Source: an uncultured Gammaproteobacteria bacterium (GTDB lineage Bacteria > Pseudomonadota > Gammaproteobacteria > UBA9214). From it: a stretch of 64,000 bases of DNA. The DNA lies in the NCBI GenBank assembly GCA_963773065.1, contig CAVYZN010000006.1, positions 1-64,000 on the forward strand. Reading direction: 5' to 3'. The notes under the pieces are model-generated. The model worked only from the letters and a program-made list of their open reading frames with translations, made no database searches and was not told the origin of the DNA. The position numbers and the translations under genes were made by a program. Below, one piece after another: positions 46,968 through 56,877 of the stretch; position 1 is the stretch's first letter, and each line of letters opens with the position of its first letter.

Positions 46968-47942
46968 GTGCGAATAGTAAAAAAACATCTCATCTGGAGC
47001 GCTTTGTTGCTCGTGCTTGCGACCATCAACGGTGAAATAGTCGCTCGATATTACCTTGGATTAGGCACACCCCCACTTTACATTCCGCACCCAAGAATTG
47101 AGTACATGTTAAAACCAAACCAGGACCTATATAGGTTTGGCAATCACTTCATCGTCAATCAATATGGAATGAGGACAGAACCTTTTGCTAGTCAAAAAGG
47201 AAATGGCGAATTTAGGATCATGGTTTTTGGAGATTCTGTGCTAAATGGCGGGAGTCAAACAGATCAAGTTGCGTTGGCAACAACCATATTGAAAGACAGG
47301 CTCAGTGAAGCAAATGATAAAAATGTGGTTGTTGGAAACATATCGGCAAGTAGCTGGGGGCCTGGCAATTGGCTCGCATATGCTAAAGAGTATGGGTTCT
47401 TTGGAGCCGACATCATTGCTTTAGTTATTTCAAGCCATGATTATGCCGACAACCCTACTTTCCAAGCCTTAGACAAGAACACTTACCCAACCGAAAAGCC
47501 CATTTCGGCCCTTCTTGAAGGAACCACAAGATACTTGCCTCGTTATCTGACACAGCTAGGCGCTGACAACAAGAACACAACTGAACTTGACCGATTTGCA
47601 GCAGAAGCTAATGAACAAGATGCGCAAAAAGGGCTTAGTGATTTGAGACGCTTTCTGGAACTAGCTAAGAGCAATACAGCCAAACTTTTGGTACTTCAAC
47701 ACTGGGAGAAATCAGAAATTGAAAGTGGTTCTGCTAATCCCGGGAACCAACGTATCAGGATAGTTTGCGAACAAATGGGGATTTCTCCCATATCGTTAGA
47801 GCCCTATTTCCATCGGTCAATCGAAAGTGGAATCAATCCCTATCGCGACAACATTCACCCTAACCAGGTGGGACAGCGACTGATTGCCGAAGCAATCCTC
47901 GCTAATATGCCTAAGGAGCCTATGATATATGAACTTAAGTGA
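46968..47942 (+). CDS. SGNH/GDSL hydrolase-family protein
   Basis: N-terminal TM, NQYGMR, RIMVFGDSV, RDNIHPNQVG. Confidence 0.82.
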   Translation: MRIVKKHLIWSALLLVLATINGEIVARYYLGLGTPPLYIPHPRIEYMLKPNQDLYRFGNHFIVNQYGMRTEPFASQKGNGEFRIMVFGDSVLNGGSQTDQVALATTILKDRLSEANDKNVVVGNISASSWGPGNWLAYAKEYGFFGADIIALVISSHDYADNPTFQALDKNTYPTEKPISALLEGTTRYLPRYLTQLGADNKNTTELDRFAAEANEQDAQKGLSDLRRFLELAKSNTAKLLVLQHWEKSEIESGSANPGNQRIRIVCEQMGISPISLEPYFHRSIESGINPYRDNIHPNQVGQRLIAEAILANMPKEPMIYELK

Positions 47943-48579
47943 AGCGACGCTGTAGAATACGCTGCGCTCCCTGAAAATAGCGCGCAACATGCTCGAGGTA
48001 GAACCATTGCAGCGGCGAAGCGCGCCAATAGCGGCGATTGACAAAGAGCACGTCGCTGTTATGTACACGCGAAAACACGACGCACGCGAAGCCAAGTGCG
48101 ATCAGTCGACATTTTGTCTCAGCGACACGCGCGCTACACCGAAGTTCGTCGATAAAATCATGGAACTCGACAGTGATCTGCGGGATCGCTTGCAGCGCGG
48201 AATCGCTGAGCGAGGCGAGCACTTCGAACTCGGCGCCTTCGATGTCCAGCTTCAGCAAGTCTATGCTGGTGATGCCGGCTCGCTGCTTGATGGTTTCCAG
48301 CGTGCAGCCGCTCACAATCACGGCGTTGCTGCCAGGACGGCTATCTTGCGCAAGGTGACTAGCTTCGGGATTGGGGTCTATGGTAAACGACACTTGGCCG
48401 TCTGCGCCCGCGATAGCGCAGTTCAGTTTCTCGATGCCCTCACCGCTTGCCATGCGCTTGAACAACTCCGGATTGGCTTCGACAGCGAGACAACGACAGC
48501 CATAGGAGCGGTGCACTCCTTGAGAGAACTCGCCCAAGTGGGCGCCGAGGTCGATCACGACTGAGTTTGGTCCGAGCAT
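47935..48579 (-). CDS. FkbM-family methyltransferase
   Basis: VIDLGAHLGEF, VEANP, LLKLDIEGAE, QITVEFH. Confidence 0.85.
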   Translation of the reverse strand: MLGPNSVVIDLGAHLGEFSQGVHRSYGCRCLAVEANPELFKRMASGEGIEKLNCAIAGADGQVSFTIDPNPEASHLAQDSRPGSNAVIVSGCTLETIKQRAGITSIDLLKLDIEGAEFEVLASLSDSALQAIPQITVEFHDFIDELRCSARVAETKCRLIALGFACVVFSRVHNSDVLFVNRRYWRASPLQWFYLEHVARYFQGAQRILQRRFT

Positions 48580-49213
48580 GTCGGCCAGGAAATTGGTGCC
48601 CGCGTATTCTGACTAGGCCGCTTTTGGGCCTCGGCTGTCCGTCCATTCGTACTCACTCTTTCAAAGCGCCCTTGGCGCACCGCGTTGCCAGGGCCCAGTC
48701 TATCCGTCTCGTGCATCGCCACAAACCGAGCGGCACGAGGTTGGAATGAGGCGGCGTCACCCCCTTGAATAGACAATGATAGGACAAGAAATCGTCATGT
48801 GCAGCTTCTCGGGCAGAATCTACGCCGCGCAGCGTCCAGATGGTCGTATCGCCGATCGACTGAGTGCTCGCCTTTCTGAGCCGAGTATAAGAATAATAAA
48901 CGCCATCTTTCCCCAAGTCCACGGCAAGTTCACAGGCAGCGAACAGCCATTTGCCCCTCATGATGACCACGTAATCGTACAGAGTTCGCCGCGAGCGCCG
49001 GAAATCCATCATCCCCACCTCGACTTTCCGGCCAATCCTGCCATCAGACCAACTGATCGTAAGCGCAAAATAAACCGCACTCTGTTTGCTTTTTGACAAC
49101 AGCAGCATGCCCTCACCGAGCAGCTTGACGCACACCGCCTTTTGAGGCTTACAATCCTCTAGCAATGGTCACTGCCCGGTTCAGTCCACACGCACCCCGA
49201 TGCGATTCGATCA

Positions 49214-50023
49214 GTGCAACGGATAAACGCTATTCGTAAGCTTCCATTGATAACAATGTTAAATATCATGAAATTACTCGTCCGTAAGTTGATGCCCCAT
49301 TTTCTCCTTAAGCACTATAATCGCTTTAAGCGGCTTAAGGAACAAAGACAGAACCGCAATAAAACCACCGAAGAAGTATTTACAGAGATTTACGAAAAGA
49401 ATAAATGGGGCGGCTCGCAAGGAGAATTCTGTTCTGGCTCCGGAACATCCAATGAACAGATTGTTTCTGCTTACATCTCTCTGGTTACCGAAAAAGCATC
49501 CAGTGAAAACTTTTTTGGTTTGACTTTTGTTGACCTTGGTTGCGGAGATTTCCGCGTAGGCAAACGATTGCTCCCACTATGCTCAAGCTATATTGGTGTC
49601 GATATAGTCAAGCCGCTTATACAAAGAAATCAGGAGATATATGGTAATGCGTTCACACAGTTCATTCACTTAGACATCGTGGAGGATGAATTACCAAATG
49701 GTGATGTATGTTTTGTCCGACAAGTATTGCAACACTTGTCCAACCAACAGATAACTGCCGTTCTCCATAAGCTTAAAAAGTATAAGTGGGTGTTTATCAC
49801 AGAACACTACCCGACTGACAATGATGCGATAAAGCCAAACATAGATAAAATCCACGGGGGCGATGTTAGAGTGTACGCCAACTCTGGCGTCTATCTTACA
49901 ATACCTCCTTTTGAATTGCCTATTTATGAACTGAAAGAGGTATTAGAAGTTCCCGGGGTTGGATTGGGAAAAGGAAATGATCCTGGAGTAATACGTACAT
50001 TCCTTTACAAACCCAGAGGCTAA
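49214..50023 (+). CDS. Class I SAM-dependent methyltransferase
   Basis: VFTEIYEKNKWG..SGSGT, VDLGCGDF, YIGVDIV, RQVLQHL. Confidence 0.85.
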   Translation: MQRINAIRKLPLITMLNIMKLLVRKLMPHFLLKHYNRFKRLKEQRQNRNKTTEEVFTEIYEKNKWGGSQGEFCSGSGTSNEQIVSAYISLVTEKASSENFFGLTFVDLGCGDFRVGKRLLPLCSSYIGVDIVKPLIQRNQEIYGNAFTQFIHLDIVEDELPNGDVCFVRQVLQHLSNQQITAVLHKLKKYKWVFITEHYPTDNDAIKPNIDKIHGGDVRVYANSGVYLTIPPFELPIYELKEVLEVPGVGLGKGNDPGVIRTFLYKPRG

Positions 50024-50069
50024 CCCACTGACTCATTCATGCAGCGCAAACAAGTTCAGTGGGCGCCGG

Positions 50070-52364
50070 TTATTTCCCCAACTGAGTCTCATATCCACGT
50101 CGACTAAGTAATTGACTAACAGGTTTCGGCAAACCATAGGCCATGACGTGAATGTTGCCATTGTCGACAAATAAAGCCTGCTCGTTGAGTTGCCGGTCTT
50201 CTTGCAAAAACGTATTCATTAGCACACCCGCTGTAATTTTCCCGAGTGGGACATCGATCGATTTGCTGTTGTACAGAAATACTCGCGTTTTATCGGCCAT
50301 TATGGACGCAGCCGAGGCCCCCCCTTTCTCGAATACACATCCTTCGCAAGTAGACTCATCTGGAAGCATGGCAACATTATTCTTACCCGCGCGAAAATAA
50401 CTATTGACGAAATAAGTTGGCTTGTCACTGCTGATAACGGGAGATCCCCCGTTATTGATAAAATCGGTATTCGCGAAAACCGCGGAAAAATTATTTTTCA
50501 TCGACACCGCAGATTCAGTATTGTCCCTGAATGCACAGTCGATAAATGCATTCAGATTATCTTCTCGCCTTGCCTGCAAATCAATACCTCGGCCAGACTC
50601 CACAAATTGGCAACGATAGAAGACATTCTTGTCCATATAGGACATGCCTGGGGCATCACCGCTGATATATAAGGGATTGACACGCTGCTTTACCCCAGCC
50701 TCCGCGCATCGGATGAAATTCACATTATCAATAAAATTGTTATCCCAGCCATAGATACCATCAATAAATATCCCTGAATCCGACATATCTCGGAACGTAA
50801 CATGAGACAGATATACAAGATTGAACTGAGCACCTGCACCCGCACCGGCAACATCATGGTGTATACCATTTCGCCCGCCTTGTAATGTAAGGTCTGCCAG
50901 AGTAAATGCGGTAGAAGCAGTCTTTTTAATGTGTTCATCGCTGACAATCATGTCGATATTCGGGTTCTTCGCTATGATGGCGGTTCGTGTGGCTCCCTCT
51001 CCGATGATGCCCTGACCAGAACGGAGTCTGATCGGTTTCGTTATGTAATAGATTCCTGCAGGCACCCGCGCGATTCCCTGGGTATCAACCAAGCCCTGTA
51101 GATAACCGGAACTATCGGGTCTACTATCTATACCTACTTTCCAGTCCGGCCCTGCAGGATCGGGAATCGGAGCAAGAACAGGCCTGCTCCAGGAGCTGAC
51201 TGGGAGTTCGTGGTTGACAAACATTCTCTGTAGCTCGGCTATGTCATCCGCAGCGAGGTTCTGCTGACCTAGATTGACTCCGCGTACCAGCACCTCAGGT
51301 TCCGAATCCGTAAAGGCCTTGACGCTGAAGGAATCATGCGCGAGAACACTAATGCTCAGGTTCTGAATATTGGATAAAAAATATCGTCTTACTTGAGATT
51401 GAAGGGTTACCGTAGGATCACCAACCCGACTGATTTTAGTTCCAAAGATCTGCGCTTCATCCGCACCTGCATCCAGGTAATGACCAATACCACTCTTTGC
51501 ATCGCCCCCGCTCGCCGCCATCAGACGCAATGTGCCCGTATTAGTGACGGTCATCATCGCAGGATTCTTTGCTTGCTTGGACCAATTCCACGACTCGGCA
51601 TCGAGACCGGCAAATGTCACATCGTCCTGGCCGTCGACGATAACCCCATCCCCAAGTGGCGTCAGGATATTGAGCCACAGAAAGACATTGGCACCAGAAA
51701 GTCGTTTAGCATCGCCACGCATCTGAATTGCAGGGTATGATGAGTGGGTCATTACGCGAATAAATCGGTTGTTTCTTAGATATCCTCTTTGTCTTGTGTC
51801 GATGTTGAGCTGCGTATTCGAAATGTCGACAAAGAGATTGTCTTCGAGCTTCGCATCCTTGATAGTTACCGGCCCGGTGATGCGGCGAAAGCAGTTACCT
51901 CGAGTAACCTTCTCGGATGCTAAAAAGCTAATCCCATCCGTGTCGACTCCCTGTAAAACAACACCCGTTGCACCATCCGCAACGACTACCCGGCCGATTT
52001 TAGACCCGGAAATTCCATACAGCTCCTGACCACTCGACAATGTAATCGGACCACCGCCCGCTGCGTAGTTACCATGCGGCTCCAGCCTTACTTTCCGATG
52101 CTGATTTAGCATAGACTGGATTTCACCAGCCCGCGTGACCGGTAGCGGATACGCGTCGCGAGGAAGCGCATCGCCACTCCCGTCAAGGCACGGTTCATTA
52201 ATAGGATTATTTAGATCAAGCGCATAAGCCGGAAGAAGGAAAGCGGCGCAGATCGTAAAGATCACCACGATCACGAGTGATCTCAGCAGCCTGTTACGTT
52301 CCTTCAATTCATAACAGCACATAAGTTTTATTCCTATCGCACATTCACCCACGTCGGCAGGCAA
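50070..52364 (-). CDS. Secreted right-handed beta-helix protein (pectate-lyase-3-like)
   Basis: Signal-like hydrophobic stretch; ARVPAGIYYITKPIRL..GIIGEG motif; repetitive F..C.F turns; start uncertain. Confidence 0.72.
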   Translation of the reverse strand: MPADVGECAIGIKLMCCYELKERNRLLRSLVIVVIFTICAAFLLPAYALDLNNPINEPCLDGSGDALPRDAYPLPVTRAGEIQSMLNQHRKVRLEPHGNYAAGGGPITLSSGQELYGISGSKIGRVVVADGATGVVLQGVDTDGISFLASEKVTRGNCFRRITGPVTIKDAKLEDNLFVDISNTQLNIDTRQRGYLRNNRFIRVMTHSSYPAIQMRGDAKRLSGANVFLWLNILTPLGDGVIVDGQDDVTFAGLDAESWNWSKQAKNPAMMTVTNTGTLRLMAASGGDAKSGIGHYLDAGADEAQIFGTKISRVGDPTVTLQSQVRRYFLSNIQNLSISVLAHDSFSVKAFTDSEPEVLVRGVNLGQQNLAADDIAELQRMFVNHELPVSSWSRPVLAPIPDPAGPDWKVGIDSRPDSSGYLQGLVDTQGIARVPAGIYYITKPIRLRSGQGIIGEGATRTAIIAKNPNIDMIVSDEHIKKTASTAFTLADLTLQGGRNGIHHDVAGAGAGAQFNLVYLSHVTFRDMSDSGIFIDGIYGWDNNFIDNVNFIRCAEAGVKQRVNPLYISGDAPGMSYMDKNVFYRCQFVESGRGIDLQARREDNLNAFIDCAFRDNTESAVSMKNNFSAVFANTDFINNGGSPVISSDKPTYFVNSYFRAGKNNVAMLPDESTCEGCVFEKGGASAASIMADKTRVFLYNSKSIDVPLGKITAGVLMNTFLQEDRQLNEQALFVDNGNIHVMAYGLPKPVSQLLSRRGYETQLGK

Positions 52365-52413
52365 ATGATTACTCTAAAATTCAGTGGTGTCATAGGATAA
52401 ATACCTAATCACT

Positions 52414-53703
52414 CTAAGTAATCTTGAAATTTTGGTTGAATGAAACAAAAGCGGCGGCGGCCAGTATGCATTCAGATATCAAGATAGCGTAACCGGCACC
52501 CTTCAATCCGAAACCCATTAATAAAATCCAACCCAATAGTAGCGAAAATGCCGAAATAGCAAGGAAGGACAATGCAAATCGGATATGCTTGTTAATGGCC
52601 ATCTGAGCATCCCAGAAGGGCTTCCCTAGAATATGTATTGAAGCCGACACTGTGAGCCCCATGAATAACTGCGTGTTATGTTCAAGTGCCTTGTTAACCC
52701 ACAAATCAATGGCAGTTTCACCCAGAAAATATTCTGATATTGCCGACAATACGCTCACGACAGCAGCGAATTGCAACATTTTGATAACAAGCGCTTTGGC
52801 CTTTCCTATGTCATTAGCACCAAAGGCATACGATAATTCTGGCCAGACCGCACTATTGACTGCGGTTGCAAGTTGAATTGGCACTCGCGTGAAGGTTCTA
52901 TAGACGCTGAACACCGCCACCGCAGCGGAACCTATCATGCTTCCGATAAGCAAAATAAATCCCTGTATTGTAAAAGACAAGCCTAGCGTGAAAGACATGG
53001 ACGCCAATGAGGGGCGTAGCAACATTCTTATTGTCTCCATGCTGGCATAGCGAATACCAAAGCGCAGAGATGAGCCGCTTCTACTGAGGGTCAGCCACAA
53101 ACTGAGGTTGCCCAGCAGCCTTACCAAAAGAAAGGTCAACGCGACTTCAACAACCTTACCACCATTTAGCGCGACAAGTGCTGCCGCGGCCCACTCCAGT
53201 AATCGGATCAAATTGGCTGCTGCAACAGAGAACGGATATCTCTTTAGGGCTCTGAAGGGCATAGCCAAAATGCCAGTCTGCATACTTGAGGCAACGTGTG
53301 TAAATAAAAGCAAGAGGGTGACATTTAATTTCGCACCGGTGATTTTTGTTAAGCCAAGAAGTTTGCCTGGCTCTGTAAACCAGACAATAAGCACCACGGT
53401 AACTAATATGATACTGGACAAAGATGTGACCATGACCCAGGTACTCTGATAAATTGTTTGCATTTGCTGGATTTCGCCCTTTTCTGCAATCAGAGCCAGG
53501 GTGTTTGCAGCAACAAGGGTCAGCCCGATATCGCTTAACACTAGGTAGGCCGGAACGGCCGACAGAGTAATCCATTCACCATATAGCTCTATACCCCAGG
53601 CATGGATCAGTATGGGAACACTGGCAAGCTGAATTAGCAATGTAACTACCTGGCCGAATCCATTAGCACCGATGCCGTGGATGATTCTGCGTTTTGTGCT
53701 CAT
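52414..53703 (-). CDS. wzx: Polysaccharide flippase (Wzx family)
   Basis: GIGANGFGQ..VPILIHAWGIELYGEW..SDIG; about 12 TM segments. Confidence 0.8.
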   Translation of the reverse strand: MSTKRRIIHGIGANGFGQVVTLLIQLASVPILIHAWGIELYGEWITLSAVPAYLVLSDIGLTLVAANTLALIAEKGEIQQMQTIYQSTWVMVTSLSSIILVTVVLIVWFTEPGKLLGLTKITGAKLNVTLLLLFTHVASSMQTGILAMPFRALKRYPFSVAAANLIRLLEWAAAALVALNGGKVVEVALTFLLVRLLGNLSLWLTLSRSGSSLRFGIRYASMETIRMLLRPSLASMSFTLGLSFTIQGFILLIGSMIGSAAVAVFSVYRTFTRVPIQLATAVNSAVWPELSYAFGANDIGKAKALVIKMLQFAAVVSVLSAISEYFLGETAIDLWVNKALEHNTQLFMGLTVSASIHILGKPFWDAQMAINKHIRFALSFLAISAFSLLLGWILLMGFGLKGAGYAILISECILAAAAFVSFNQNFKIT

Positions 53704-53737
53704 AACACCAGATTCACCATGGGACGGATTCTGTAGT

Positions 53738-54469
53738 TCAATTTTTAATGGCGACTGAAATAAAGTTCTGACTGAATATTTCGTTCGTTACGCCACTTTC
53801 AACCATCATATATGTTCGTAATCCATTCCTTAGCAGACGCCACAGCACACCCCGCAAGAAACCCTTTAGCCCATGAGTGACGGGAACATCTTCGTAACAT
53901 TCAACTTCTGAGAAACCGACCGCCAGCGAGAGCTGCCGTATCGAGTCCTGTGTAAAGGCCGATTGGTGTGTCAGGTCGCCATAACGTACTCGACCAAATA
54001 ATGGGGATGAAGCATTTGGCTGATGCGAGATCCAACGCCCACCCGCGGACAAGGCCCTGCAGACTTCATCTGCAAATGCCAAGAGCTCATCCATTGTCAG
54101 ATGTTCAATAACATCGACTGTAATAATCGCGTCCAGATTACCATCAGGTTCAGACCTTAATGCCCCAAACAAGTCGCTTTGAGCAACGTCCTGTATCCCG
54201 AGCTGCCATGCTCCAGATACTTGCTCAGGTGATATATCCACGCCTCGCATATTTACGTATCCCGCCTCCCGCGCGTAATACACCAAGGCGCCATACCCGC
54301 AACCTAATTCGAGAATACGGGCATAACGATCGGCCGGGAAATGGTTATTCACAAGGGCGCGCAAAAATGGCGCTCTTATTCGTAGTCGGTTGCCAAGATC
54401 GACACCGCTAAGATGCGACTGCACATAACTGTCATAGAGTCGCTTTCTATAGTCTGAACCCATACCCAT
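53738..54469 (-). CDS. Class I SAM-dependent methyltransferase
   Basis: ILELGCGYG, GVDISPEQV, DVIEHL, RYGDLTH. Confidence 0.87.
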   Translation of the reverse strand: MGMGSDYRKRLYDSYVQSHLSGVDLGNRLRIRAPFLRALVNNHFPADRYARILELGCGYGALVYYAREAGYVNMRGVDISPEQVSGAWQLGIQDVAQSDLFGALRSEPDGNLDAIITVDVIEHLTMDELLAFADEVCRALSAGGRWISHQPNASSPLFGRVRYGDLTHQSAFTQDSIRQLSLAVGFSEVECYEDVPVTHGLKGFLRGVLWRLLRNGLRTYMMVESGVTNEIFSQNFISVAIKN

Positions 54470-54502
54470 ATACCTATGCCAAGGTAATCAGATTGTAATC
54501 TG

Positions 54503-55633
54503 CTACACAGCTACTGATACACCTGTTAGCTTCGCGTATACACCGGCATAGCCGTCAATCATATTCTGTTTTGTGAACCTGGCCGCATTAGCGATAGCAT
54601 CTTCACCGCCGCCACCCCCTTCAACAATAGACTGCGCAATTCGCCTAGCGGCTTCAGTAGGGTTTTTCGGATCAATGTACACAGCACAGCTTCCCCCGGT
54701 CTCCGTCATTGGGGGGCGTACCGAGGTGTACACAGGGCATCCGCAGGCATGCGCCTCTATAACAGGCCATCCAAAGCCTTCGTAGAGTGACGGGAAAAGC
54801 AAACCTCTTGCCATGGAATATAGCGCTCGCAACTCCTCATTGCCGATGTCGGTAAGTTCGATTACGCGTTCTGTCATATTATGCATACTGATATAACCGA
54901 GCATTTCTTCCGTCCATGGCTTGCCAACAAGAACGAGACTTAGATGCGATGTCTCGGGGTACTGCAGTAATTCCAGGAAGATTCGCAATACCCCCATGCG
55001 ATTCTTGTACCAGTGGTTACCCCCGACATGCAGCAAGAATTCGCTATCAGGCATCACTCCGCACTCCGACAAGATATGAATCGCCTGCCTGTAATTCATG
55101 GGTGAATAAGGATAATTCAGACCATTGTATATAACGAAGACTTGCGCAGGATTTATTCCAACCAGTCTCAGCACATCATTCCTGGTCGCCTCCGACACAC
55201 ACGCTATATATGGAGATTTTCTCAGTCCACGTAATATCATCCGCTGATAAATCCGCCCACTCCACCCCGTCATATTCTCTGGATAATCACCCAGTGCGCT
55301 GCGAATAGCGAGTAAATCATGGCATGTAACCAAGGTCGGCTTTGCACTCACCGTAGTGGCATAGACTGCGTTTGAATGATCACAGATATGCACGACATCG
55401 GCCCACTTGACCAGTCTCCGCAAGTTATGAGGGAACAACAGAAGCTTGTCTATATATCCTAGCCATTTTCTCAGCGGCGAGTGATCAGACACAAAACGTG
55501 AAAACACTACCTCAGGCTGAACTACCCGCACATCAATGCCGCGCTCCGCCAGACCCTTTTCAAGAACTTGGCAAAAGCGCGACATACTTTCTTGTTTATC
55601 AGCCGCATAATTCCCTACAAGGAGAACCTTCAT
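54503..55633 (-). CDS. GT4 glycosyltransferase
   Basis: HICDHSNAVY, VTCHDLLA, FPSLYEGFGWPVIEAHACG. Confidence 0.9.
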   Translation of the reverse strand: MKVLLVGNYAADKQESMSRFCQVLEKGLAERGIDVRVVQPEVVFSRFVSDHSPLRKWLGYIDKLLLFPHNLRRLVKWADVVHICDHSNAVYATTVSAKPTLVTCHDLLAIRSALGDYPENMTGWSGRIYQRMILRGLRKSPYIACVSEATRNDVLRLVGINPAQVFVIYNGLNYPYSPMNYRQAIHILSECGVMPDSEFLLHVGGNHWYKNRMGVLRIFLELLQYPETSHLSLVLVGKPWTEEMLGYISMHNMTERVIELTDIGNEELRALYSMARGLLFPSLYEGFGWPVIEAHACGCPVYTSVRPPMTETGGSCAVYIDPKNPTEAARRIAQSIVEGGGGGEDAIANAARFTKQNMIDGYAGVYAKLTGVSVAV

Positions 55634-55719
55634 AAATTAGACTCACTACTGTAACGCGAGGAGCCCGCCGATATTGCCCAGTGTGTATTCGCCGCCTCTA
55701 TGCGTTCGCAAAAGCCCTT

Positions 55720-56877
55720 TCACGCGAGGGAATTGCGGTATATTTCTACTAACTGTTGCACGTATCCGTCCCATCCGTATAACGATTGCATCTTCATTGC
55801 ACCATCCTTTCCCATACGGGCTGCTTTTTCACGATCTTTGTAAAGCACCTCCAGTTTCTCCGCTATGGTTTCCGGTGACCTTATAGGAACCACATAGCCT
55901 GTTACGTCATCCTCGATAAGTTCCGCCGCACCGTTGTTGGTTGTTGTAATAACAGGCAGTCCGCTTGCCATGGCTTCGCCGCAAACTAGGCTAAACCCGT
56001 CCTCCAGTGTCGGTAGAACGAACACAGTCGACTCATTTAAATAATGGTTAAGCCTTTCATTCGGCACGAACGGTATATGCGTGAACAGTCCATCGTAAGA
56101 CTTCATCATCCCATTCATTTCGGGATCCAACCGTCCAATCAGGAGAAGTTCTCCGTCCCCAATAGCCAGACGTTTCCATGCCTCAAGCAAATCCACTTGC
56201 CCTTTTCGGATACTGTTTGCTGCAACACAGATCACACGGAATTTCTTTCCTTCACCACGCGTGGTATTTTCTTTCATCGAAAAGCGAGACAAATTAACCC
56301 CAAAGGGGAGCACATCGATCTTACCCTCGTCAAATCCTTTCTCGACAAATGTACGCTTCACAAAATCCGAAGCCACAAGAAACCGATCACACATCTCGAA
56401 TTCTTCAAGCATTCGTCTCTGCGCCGGGGATCTCTCCAGTCTCTTCCGTATCCTTAGTCGCTCGTATTCCGAATTAAGAACTTCATTCTGGAAATCAGGG
56501 TGAGCATTTACCGGTTCGCCGATAACGAGAGAGCCGTCGGAATGGGCGCGGCGTATCATGCGTCTTCCACCTCCATGGAGCATGAGATGCAGAAGGTCAC
56601 ACGGTGACCAAAAGGCAAGCGACGCGGACTCCCATAATTGCCTATATAGCGGACTTAACGCTTCCAGACCAGGCACCCATGACATACGCAAATGTGCATG
56701 GAGTAGATATTCTTTTATCCATACATTTACCAACTTCTCCGCCGGGATGCCCAACGCTTTTTCACCCGTGGAAATCCTATGCGCATAATAAAAGCGATTC
56801 AGAACACCTAGCCGATACAGATAGGGCACGACGTTGTGATAATGAAACCGACCACTCACCGCCAGATTAACTCTCAT
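55720..56877 (-). CDS. GT4 glycosyltransferase
   Basis: PFGVNLSRF, RKG, FVLPTLEDGFSLVCGEAMASGLPVI. Confidence 0.9.
   Translation of the reverse strand: MRVNLAVSGRFHYHNVVPYLYRLGVLNRFYYAHRISTGEKALGIPAEKLVNVWIKEYLLHAHLRMSWVPGLEALSPLYRQLWESASLAFWSPCDLLHLMLHGGGRRMIRRAHSDGSLVIGEPVNAHPDFQNEVLNSEYERLRIRKRLERSPAQRRMLEEFEMCDRFLVASDFVKRTFVEKGFDEGKIDVLPFGVNLSRFSMKENTTRGEGKKFRVICVAANSIRKGQVDLLEAWKRLAIGDGELLLIGRLDPEMNGMMKSYDGLFTHIPFVPNERLNHYLNESTVFVLPTLEDGFSLVCGEAMASGLPVITTTNNGAAELIEDDVTGYVVPIRSPETIAEKLEVLYKDREKAARMGKDGAMKMQSLYGWDGYVQQLVEIYRNSLA

Noticed and set aside
48653-49165. 170-aa ORF as a real gene
   Set aside because: No recognisable motif; it may be a decayed fragment and is not supportable without a search.
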